From: a virus
Virus record (IMG/VR): IMGVR_UViG_3300025093_000020
Reading direction: 5' to 3' (one strand)
DNA: 64,000 nucleotides
This document shows, one piece after another, positions 26,979 through 34,226 of this stretch. Within the stretch, counting starts at the first letter, position 1. Each line of letters starts with the position of its first letter. Made by a program: the position numbers and the translations under genes. The notes beneath the pieces were generated by a model. The model was not told the origin of the DNA. It searched no databases and saw only the letters and a list, made by a program, of their open reading frames with translations.

Positions 26979-27053
26979 TTTCACATAAAAAGTGAAATAC
27001 AAGAACAACTTGCAAGTTTAACGTGACTCGGGGTATGGCTAGGGCAACGTGAC
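26979..27053. promoter_or_regulatory. Operator cluster in the terL-gpW intergenic region
   Basis: Palindrome TTTCAC-ATAAAAA-GTGAAA at 26979-26997. Two direct AACGTGAC half-sites at 27020-27027 and 27046-27053, 26 bp apart. Confidence 0.5.
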
Positions 27054-27067
27054 AAACAAGGTGTCCA

Positions 27068-27298
27068 ATGCCCGTTCTTCCCTCTGCTGCAGATCGGTTG
27101 CTTGAAGCGCGGATTGCGCTTCACGCCCTGCTGACCGGGCAACAGGAAGCCGAGGTGCGTGACAGCAATGGCGAAAGCGTGCGGTTCACCTCCGCCAATG
27201 CCTCGCGCCTGCGCGAGTACATCGCCCAGCTTGAAGCTGAGGTTGCCGGCCTGAACCCGATCAAACAACGGGCTCCGTTGAGGCCCATCTGGTCATGA
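27068..27298 (+). CDS. Head-tail joining protein, lambda gpW-like (76 aa)
   Basis: ARIALHALLTGQQ...VRFTSANASRLREYIAQLEAEV aligns with lambda gpW ARAALHDLMTGKR...VEFTATSVSDLKKYIAELE. Confidence 0.8.
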   Translation: MPVLPSAADRLLEARIALHALLTGQQEAEVRDSNGESVRFTSANASRLREYIAQLEAEVAGLNPIKQRAPLRPIWS

Positions 27299-28962
27299 GC
27301 GCGTCGTTCAACGATCTGCTGAGCACTGAAGTCTCCCAGGTGCCCGCGCAGGCGCGTCCGCCCGGCGTCTCCGCGTCGGGCGGCGTGGCCTATGACGGCG
27401 CCAGTCAGATCGATCAGCTCGCAACCTGGTACACGCCGATCCGATCTGCAGACGCAGACATCCTGCCCAACAAGGCTGTGATCGACGGTCGCGCCCGCGA
27501 CATGACGAACAACGACGCCTACGTCGCCGGCGGCGCCACGCTGCACAAAGACGCGATGGTTGGCGCCCAATATCGCCTGAATGCGAAGCCCATGACCAAG
27601 GTGCTCTGGGGCGCGGATGACGAAACCTGGGAAGAGGAATTTCAGGAGGAAGTCGAGACGAAGTTCACGTTGTGGGCCGAGTCCGATCTTCACTGGTCCG
27701 ACTCCCAGCGGCGTCTGAACTTCACGGATCAGATCCGGCTCGCCGTGGGGGTGCACGTCACTGGTGGCGAATTCCTCGGCATTGCCGACTGGCAGGACGA
27801 TGGCCGCGCTTATGCTTCGTCCCTCTTGGCCATCGATGCCGACCGCCTCAGCACGCCGAATGACCGCGTGCTCGACATGAATCTCCGGATCCGGGATGGC
27901 GTGGAGTTCAATCGCCGCGGACAGCCGATCGTCTATCACATCCGAAATGAACACCCGAGCGACTATTACAGCGGCTTCAACCACATGCTCGAAGTGTTCA
28001 AGTGGACGCGGGTGCGCCGGGAAACCCGTTGGGGCCGCCAGAACGTGCTGCATATCTACGACATGCTGCGGCCGGATCAGTCCCGCGGCATTGCAGCCAT
28101 GGTCACGGCGCTCACTGAGATGCGCATGCTCAAGCATTTCCGGAAGACGGAACTACAGCGCGCAGTGATTGCCGCGACCTATGCGGCGTCGATCGAAACC
28201 GACCTGCCAACCGATGCCGCTTATGCAATGGGCACGATGGACAGCGCAGGCGAAAACTATTCGGAATTCGCGCAGCAATACATGGCGATGATGAGCGGGT
28301 ATTTCGAAAACGCCCGCACGATCCGCATGGATGGCGCAAAGATCCCCGTCTTTGTCCCGAACACCAAGCTGAGAATCCAGAACCCGGGTGCCGCATCGCC
28401 GGCCGGTGATAAATTCGAGGCGTCGATGCTGCGTTATATCGCGGCAAGCCTCGGGGTTTCCTACGAGCAGCTTTCCCGCGATTACAGCAACACCAACTAT
28501 TCGTCGGCACGCGCTTCCATTGGCGAAGCACTCCGCGGCATGCTGCCCAAGAAACGAATGGTTGCCGATCGCACCGCCAATTTCATCTATCGGCTCTGGC
28601 TGGAAGAGGCGATCAATTACAATCGGCTCGAAACGCTGAAGCGGCCCAATGTTCCCTCCTTCTACGAAGGATTGAACACAGAGGCCTATGTGAATGCGGA
28701 ATGGGTTGGCGCGGGGCAGGGGCAGATTGATCCCCTGAAAGAAACTCAGGCGGCAATGCTGAAAGTGCAGAACGGCTTCTCGACACTGGAGCATGAAACC
28801 GCCCGGATGAACGGTGGTGATTGGCGCTCTGTGTCTCGCCAACGCGCCCGCGAGCAGCGCTTGCTGAGGGATCAGTACAAGGTCGGTTCGGTTTACGACA
28901 ACCAGAACAGCGATATGACCAATGCGCTCTCCGGCAACAAAGGGGAAGCGGATGCCACTTGA
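27295..28962 (+). CDS. Portal protein, lambda gpB family (555 aa)
   Basis: Position after gpW, its size, and ATGA coupling. The N-terminus is MSASFNDLLS. Confidence 0.8.
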   Translation: MSASFNDLLSTEVSQVPAQARPPGVSASGGVAYDGASQIDQLATWYTPIRSADADILPNKAVIDGRARDMTNNDAYVAGGATLHKDAMVGAQYRLNAKPMTKVLWGADDETWEEEFQEEVETKFTLWAESDLHWSDSQRRLNFTDQIRLAVGVHVTGGEFLGIADWQDDGRAYASSLLAIDADRLSTPNDRVLDMNLRIRDGVEFNRRGQPIVYHIRNEHPSDYYSGFNHMLEVFKWTRVRRETRWGRQNVLHIYDMLRPDQSRGIAAMVTALTEMRMLKHFRKTELQRAVIAATYAASIETDLPTDAAYAMGTMDSAGENYSEFAQQYMAMMSGYFENARTIRMDGAKIPVFVPNTKLRIQNPGAASPAGDKFEASMLRYIAASLGVSYEQLSRDYSNTNYSSARASIGEALRGMLPKKRMVADRTANFIYRLWLEEAINYNRLETLKRPNVPSFYEGLNTEAYVNAEWVGAGQGQIDPLKETQAAMLKVQNGFSTLEHETARMNGGDWRSVSRQRAREQRLLRDQYKVGSVYDNQNSDMTNALSGNKGEADAT

Positions 28963-30292
28963 TTTCAACCCCGTGCTGATGTCGCGATTTCAGGACCAGG
29001 TCGCGCTTGTTTCCGAAAGCCGCGTTGGCTGGTTCGAAGGCTGCCTCGTTGGCCTCAACGAGCGCATGGATGAGATCGAGAACGCGGACATGCAGGTTTC
29101 TGCATCCGATGATTTCTGGTCTTTCGAGCCGGATTCCTTTCTCGCATATCTGCGACCCTACAAGGTCAAGAATGGCATTCTGCAGATTCCTGTCAGAGGC
29201 GTTCTGCTCAACAATTTCCCCTATGCTTACGGATCCTGGGCGACCGGCTACGAATACATCCGTGAGGCAATCAAACGCGGACTTGATGATTCAGAGGTGA
29301 TGGGTATTGTGCTTGTCATCGATTCCGGTGGCGGCATGGTCTCGGGAAACTGGGATCTGGTGGACTTCATTTCTGAAGGTCGGGATACCAAGCCGATCCG
29401 TGCCATTGCTGCTGAGCACGCCTATTCCGCGGCCTACAATATCGCCGCAGCGACGAGTCATATTACCGTCGCACGGACAGGTGGCGTCGGCTCAATCGGC
29501 GTCGTGATTGTTCACATGGAAATGTCCAAGCTGCTCGATGAGCGCGGCATTACTGTCAACATCATCCGCTCCAAGCCCGGAAAGATGGAGGGCAATTCGT
29601 TCGAGGCGCTTTCCGAAGACGCTCGCAAGCGATTCCAAGAAGGCGTGGATGAATCTCACAAAGAATTCGTCGCCATGGTGGCGAAGAATCGAGGCCTTTC
29701 GGAAGAGGCAGTGGACGCGACAAACGCCCTGACCTTTCGCGCCTCGCAGGCGATCGACAACGGACTTGCTGACCAAATTGGCAACTTTGACGACGCAATC
29801 ACGGCCTTCGTGGCCAGTTTCAACCACAAGGAGGATGAATCCATGGCCAATGTCTCCGAGGCCAAACATACCGACGAGCAGCTTTCGACGGCTGTTTCTG
29901 ATGCGACAAAAGCTGCGAAGGCGGAAGGCGTGAGCGAAGGTGCTTCGGCCGAGCGCACGCGGATCACCTCGATCCTCGGTTCGCCCGAAGCCAAGACCCG
30001 CCCGGCCGGCGCCCTGATGATGGTCAACCTCGGTATCGCGGCTGATGCAGCGGTGGCTGAACTGGCCAAGCTGCCGGAAGAAAAGCCTGCAGCCCAAACC
30101 CCCGCCACGCCCGAACCGGCAGCGGGCGCCGGGGCGCCGGAGGGCATGCTGAAATCGGCCATGGCGGGCGAGGGCGCTCACGGCGTGCAGCCCGATGGCA
30201 GCGACGGCGAGAAGCAAAAGAAATCCCAGGCAGACGAGGACCGCGAGCTGATCGCGGCCTACGGCCTCTCTGGCTTCAAGGGCAAGGAGTGA
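28952..30292 (+). CDS. S49 (SppA/ClpP-fold) head maturation protease with scaffold-like C-terminus, lambda gpC-like (446 aa)
   Basis: GIVLVIDSGGGMVSG and AAEHAYSAAY blocks of S49 peptidases. Ala/Glu/Lys-rich C-terminal half. RBS AGGGGAAG precedes the ATG at 28952. Confidence 0.8.
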   Translation: MPLDFNPVLMSRFQDQVALVSESRVGWFEGCLVGLNERMDEIENADMQVSASDDFWSFEPDSFLAYLRPYKVKNGILQIPVRGVLLNNFPYAYGSWATGYEYIREAIKRGLDDSEVMGIVLVIDSGGGMVSGNWDLVDFISEGRDTKPIRAIAAEHAYSAAYNIAAATSHITVARTGGVGSIGVVIVHMEMSKLLDERGITVNIIRSKPGKMEGNSFEALSEDARKRFQEGVDESHKEFVAMVAKNRGLSEEAVDATNALTFRASQAIDNGLADQIGNFDDAITAFVASFNHKEDESMANVSEAKHTDEQLSTAVSDATKAAKAEGVSEGASAERTRITSILGSPEAKTRPAGALMMVNLGIAADAAVAELAKLPEEKPAAQTPATPEPAAGAGAPEGMLKSAMAGEGAHGVQPDGSDGEKQKKSQADEDRELIAAYGLSGFKGKE

Positions 30293-30296
30293 CCCG

Positions 30297-31058
30297 ATGG
30301 CAACCGTTACCCCTCCGTATGCTGACCCGGGCCGGGCGGCGTTCGAAGAACTCGACACCTATGTGATGAACTTCCTGCTGGCAGGATCGCATCCTGAACT
30401 GAAACCGGCGGTCGGTCTGCCGATGCCGAACAGCGCATCCTATGCGCAATTTTCCGTTCTGGGTCTGAACGCCGCCGGGAAACTGGTGATGGCGACCGAA
30501 GGTTCTGACGCGGCTGCCGCAACCGGGACGCTGACTTTCAGCGGCACGGGCACGGCAAACGACACCGTGACGATCGGCGGCACTGTCTACACGCTCGTGG
30601 CGGCCGCTGACGCGGAATACGAGGTGACCATCGGCGGCTCGGCGGCTGCGACCGCTGCCAACTTCGCCGCAGTGGTGAACGGCACCGATCCCAACGAGAC
30701 GCCGGCCAACCCGGATGTTTCGGCCTCGGTTGCAAGCGCCGTGGTGACGCTGACCGCGCGCCAAGCGGGTGCTGTGGGCAACTCGATCACGACCACCGAG
30801 TCTGGCACCGGCACCTCCTTCGGTGCGGCTGTCATGAGCGGCGGTGCTGATCAAGGCGGCGTGCAGGCCAGCTATGTCCTCGCACATGCCACCGCACTGG
30901 GCGCCAGCGGCACCACCAACGGGCCGTGCTGGTACTCGGGCTGCTTCAACATCGACGCCCTGGTGTGGGACGCCTCGTTCGACACCGACGCCAAGAAGCT
31001 CGCCGCATTCCGCGGTGCGCCGACCCCGACCACCATCCTCACCGCCAAGCGCGTCTGA
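30297..31058 (+). CDS. Head decoration protein, gpD-like with a large internal insertion (253 aa)
   Basis: The C-terminus WYSGCFNIDALVWDASFDTDAKKLAAFRG resembles lambda gpD FYKSGTFRYEDVLWPE...KRTAFAG. The central Gly/Thr/Ala-rich segment is absent from the 110-aa gpD. Confidence 0.65.
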   Translation: MATVTPPYADPGRAAFEELDTYVMNFLLAGSHPELKPAVGLPMPNSASYAQFSVLGLNAAGKLVMATEGSDAAAATGTLTFSGTGTANDTVTIGGTVYTLVAAADAEYEVTIGGSAAATAANFAAVVNGTDPNETPANPDVSASVASAVVTLTARQAGAVGNSITTTESGTGTSFGAAVMSGGADQGGVQASYVLAHATALGASGTTNGPCWYSGCFNIDALVWDASFDTDAKKLAAFRGAPTPTTILTAKRV

Positions 31059-31073
31059 TCAAGGAGCAGGTAA

Positions 31074-32177
31074 ATGCCCGCCGACAGCCAACATTATGAA
31101 GTGTGGGACACGAACCGATTCCTCGGCGTGTACCGCGACATGCAGCCGGATCCGCTGTACTGGATGCAGTGGTTCCCCACTGAAATCCGCTCCACCGACG
31201 AGTGGATTGATTTCGAGAAGATGCCGATCCGTGGCCGCAAGCTTGCGCCGTTCGTCATGCCGCTTGGCCGCGGTGCTCCTGTTTGGGACGATTCCGGCAA
31301 GCATTTCCGCTTCAAGCCGGCCTACACCAAGGTCGAGGATCAGATCGATCCGCTGATGCCGCTGGTGCGGCGGGTTGGCATCGACTCGTCCATGTCGCAG
31401 ATGCCTGTGCCGCTGACCCCGATGCAGCGTCTGACGCTGATCCGGGCTGCGATGGCACAGGCGCATGTGGACGCCATCCGCCGCCGCTGGAACTGGATGG
31501 CATGCACGGCGCTGCGCGATGGTGCGGTCACCATCAGCGGTGAGAATTATCCGACCGTGGTTCTGGATTTCAAACGCGATCCCGGGCACACGATCACCCT
31601 TGGCAGCGGCAACCGTTTCGGCGATTCCGGCGTTTCGATCGTGGACTTCTTCCAACTCGTTCTGGACACCATGTCGACCGCTGAATTCGGTGGCGTGCCG
31701 GTGCGGGCGACGATGGGCGGCAGCGTCTGGGCGGTGCTCCGAAAGGATACCGAGTTCCTGGAGCACATGGACATCAACATCCGCGGCGGAAATATCACCA
31801 TCGAGCGCGGTCTCGTCCCACCCTCGAACGAACCCTTTCGCGTCGGAACGATGACGGTCGGCGGCGGTTCGGGCCAGGCGATCGAACTGTGGGTGGACAA
31901 CACCACTTATGTTCACCCGGACACCGGGGTGCCGACGCGCTACATCGGTGCCCATCAGATCCTCTTCACGAGCACACCCGATGCGATCGCTGGCGTCCGC
32001 GCCTTCGGCCGCATCATCGACCGCAAGGCTGATTACGAAGCCCTGCCGATTTTTCCGAAGAACTGGATGACGGAGGGGGATGTCGAAGTCGAGAACATGT
32101 CGGCCAAGAGCGCCCCTCTGATGGTGCCGATCAACGGGAATGCCACGCTGCTGGCCAACGTGCTCGCGGCGGCCTGA
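31074..32177 (+). CDS. Major capsid protein, lambda gpE family (367 aa)
   Basis: The N-terminal block IDFEKMPIRGRKLAPFVMPLGRG is typical of Phage_cap_E. Position after the decoration protein. Confidence 0.85.
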   Translation: MPADSQHYEVWDTNRFLGVYRDMQPDPLYWMQWFPTEIRSTDEWIDFEKMPIRGRKLAPFVMPLGRGAPVWDDSGKHFRFKPAYTKVEDQIDPLMPLVRRVGIDSSMSQMPVPLTPMQRLTLIRAAMAQAHVDAIRRRWNWMACTALRDGAVTISGENYPTVVLDFKRDPGHTITLGSGNRFGDSGVSIVDFFQLVLDTMSTAEFGGVPVRATMGGSVWAVLRKDTEFLEHMDINIRGGNITIERGLVPPSNEPFRVGTMTVGGGSGQAIELWVDNTTYVHPDTGVPTRYIGAHQILFTSTPDAIAGVRAFGRIIDRKADYEALPIFPKNWMTEGDVEVENMSAKSAPLMVPINGNATLLANVLAAA

Positions 32178-32183
32178 AAAATT

Positions 32184-32223
32184 GGGTGATCCGGTGGGTC
32201 ACCCTTTCACCTTTTGCGGGAGA
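32184..32223 (+). terminator. Hairpin plus conserved 19-nt leader TTTCACCTTTTGCGGGAGA
   Basis: GGGTGA-N9-TCACCC at 32184-32204, then a 19-mer identical to 9954-9972. It follows the major capsid gene. Confidence 0.4.
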
Positions 32224-32231
32224 TAACCCAA

Positions 32232-32630
32232 ATGATTGCATTCACGAAGCACCTGATCCTTCGGCCCGGAAACGAAAAAGTCAAACCCCAGACAGTTTTC
32301 AAATTCAGCGATACTGAGTTCCGCGAACTGGCGGCCATGGGCGCTGTGCGAGAGGCCACCAGCGAAGAAAAGCAGATCTACGAGCTGACCAATCCTCCGA
32401 AGGTTTCACCCGATGCGCCGGAAGATGATGACGAGGATGTCGACCAAATCAGCGAACCCGTCGCCATCGAAGACATGTCGCGCGAAGAGCTGAAGCTGCG
32501 CGCCGACGACATGGGCATCGACTACGCGAAGAACATCCCCACGGACAAGCTGATCGACCTGATCCGCGAAGCCGAGGAAGATGCTGTCGCCGGTGAAGAA
32601 CGGACCACGGCCGCTGGTCCTCTGGTCTGA
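32232..32630 (+). CDS. hypothetical head-associated protein with Rho_N/SAP-like motif (132 aa)
   Basis: DMSREELKLRADDMGIDYAKNIPTDKLIDLIRE resembles the Rho N-terminal/SAP helix pair. ATG 9 nt after GGGAGA. Confidence 0.5.
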   Translation: MIAFTKHLILRPGNEKVKPQTVFKFSDTEFRELAAMGAVREATSEEKQIYELTNPPKVSPDAPEDDDEDVDQISEPVAIEDMSREELKLRADDMGIDYAKNIPTDKLIDLIREAEEDAVAGEERTTAAGPLV

Positions 32631-32631
32631 C

Positions 32632-33051
32632 ATGGCGGGGCACGCTGAACGGAAACAGCGCGCTCTGGCTCGGGTCCATCGGACCTTTGAGCGCCCGGCG
32701 GTGTACCTCCCCCACACCGCCGGGCAACCTGTTGTGGTCAACATCCGGCTGCACGAAAAGCCGACGATCGAAAGCAAGCAGGAAGACGATTGGTCCAACG
32801 CGGCAGCTTATTCCGAAATGGCTGACCGGATCGTTTTCGATGCTGCCGAAGTGCAGTCGATCCGCTTGAAAAGCTACACCTTCTACAAAGCACCTGGGCG
32901 AGAACTGCAGGTCTTCATTTCCGGCCCGAGCGAGCCGATGCGTGAGGGCTACATTCGCGTTGAGGTCACGCCGCTTTCTGCCTCCGAAATTCAGTCGCTG
33001 CTCGACACCTTGGATCTCAGCGCTTCGATTTGGGAGACCCTGGGCCTATGA
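32632..33051 (+). CDS. head-tail connector candidate (139 aa)
   Basis: Call rests on position only. In frame with track ORF 32581..33051. Confidence 0.4.
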   Translation: MAGHAERKQRALARVHRTFERPAVYLPHTAGQPVVVNIRLHEKPTIESKQEDDWSNAAAYSEMADRIVFDAAEVQSIRLKSYTFYKAPGRELQVFISGPSEPMREGYIRVEVTPLSASEIQSLLDTLDLSASIWETLGL

Positions 33052-33665
33052 CCCCGCTGATCATCATTGAATTCGAAGCACCAGCCTTCGCGCAGATCCA
33101 GAGCGAGCGTGTTGAAACCGCACTGGTGCGAGCGTTGAACCGCACGGCTGAGCGCGCCAGAACCACTGCATCGCGTGAGGTGCGAGATCAGGTGGCCTTT
33201 CCTGCGGCCTACGTGAGCCCCGCAAACAAGCGGCTGTGGGTCAGTCAGCGCGCCAATGGCGCCTCGCTGTCTGCGACGGTGGAGGGGCGCGGCCGGGCAA
33301 CCTCTCTGGCCCGCTTCTCGCGGCAGAAGCCCGTTGCCCCTGGGCAGCGTCACAAGGGTGGCGAAGTGAAAGTGACGGTGAAGCCGGGTGTCACGAAGTC
33401 AATCTCCCGAGCCTTCCTGATCCGGCTGAACAACGACAATATCGGTCTTGCCGTTCGCACAGACGGCAGTTCGCCTGCAGGGGCGTACAGGCCGAAGGAG
33501 ATCGGGAAGAACCTGTGGCTGCTATATGGCCCCTCCGTCGATCAAGCTCTTATCGCCGCGTCTGACGGAGACGGGATCTTCGCGCAAATGAGCGAGCAGA
33601 ACCTCGACATTCTCGAAGCCGAATACAATCGGCAAATGGACCTATTGGAGGGTAAACGTGCCTGA
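33048..33665 (+). CDS. minor tail / tail-completion protein, gpZ-like (205 aa)
   Basis: ATGA coupling. ALNRTAERARTTASREVRDQV is loosely like lambda gpZ AINRVASSAISQSASQVARETKV. Confidence 0.4.
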   Translation: MTPLIIIEFEAPAFAQIQSERVETALVRALNRTAERARTTASREVRDQVAFPAAYVSPANKRLWVSQRANGASLSATVEGRGRATSLARFSRQKPVAPGQRHKGGEVKVTVKPGVTKSISRAFLIRLNNDNIGLAVRTDGSSPAGAYRPKEIGKNLWLLYGPSVDQALIAASDGDGIFAQMSEQNLDILEAEYNRQMDLLEGKRA

Positions 33666-34188
33666 CGATCCCTTCCGTCTGAGAGTGATGAAGGCTCTCT
33701 GTGATCAACTGAAAACCATAACCGTTGATAACGGGTATGCTCACGACTTGTCGGATTACGTGGATGCAGATGGCGTCACAATGGAACGGGTGTTCCGTGG
33801 TCGGGATCTCTTCGGGGAAAACGATGGACTCCCGTTGCTGTCGGTCCTTGAGGATCCGAGACAGGGTGAATCGAACAATGCTTCCGGAAATGCACCGCAA
33901 GCAGTCAACCCTTGGCGAATTCTCATTCAGGGGTTCGCTCGGGATGATAAGTTTCACCCCCTTGATCCCGCTTACCATCTGAGCGGTGCCGTGGTGAAAG
34001 CGCTCGCCTCTGCGAAGACCTCCCGCCATTCGACACTCGGTTTCCCGGAAAAGGCGCCCACCGTCATTAAAATGGTGATAGGGCAACCAATTCACCGCCC
34101 CGGGCGCGACGAGATTTCCAGTGTCGCGTATTGCCTTGTCCCTGTGACTTTAACGCTTGCTGAAATACTCGATCAACCCCATGCCTGA
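33658..34188 (+). CDS. hypothetical head-tail protein (176 aa, GTG start)
   Basis: ORF track. GGAG lies 8 nt upstream. Confidence 0.45.
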   Translation: MPDDPFRLRVMKALCDQLKTITVDNGYAHDLSDYVDADGVTMERVFRGRDLFGENDGLPLLSVLEDPRQGESNNASGNAPQAVNPWRILIQGFARDDKFHPLDPAYHLSGAVVKALASAKTSRHSTLGFPEKAPTVIKMVIGQPIHRPGRDEISSVAYCLVPVTLTLAEILDQPHA

Positions 34189-34226
34189 CGCCGCGCGACA
34201 GTTGCAAAGTAAAATAGAGGTGGGAA

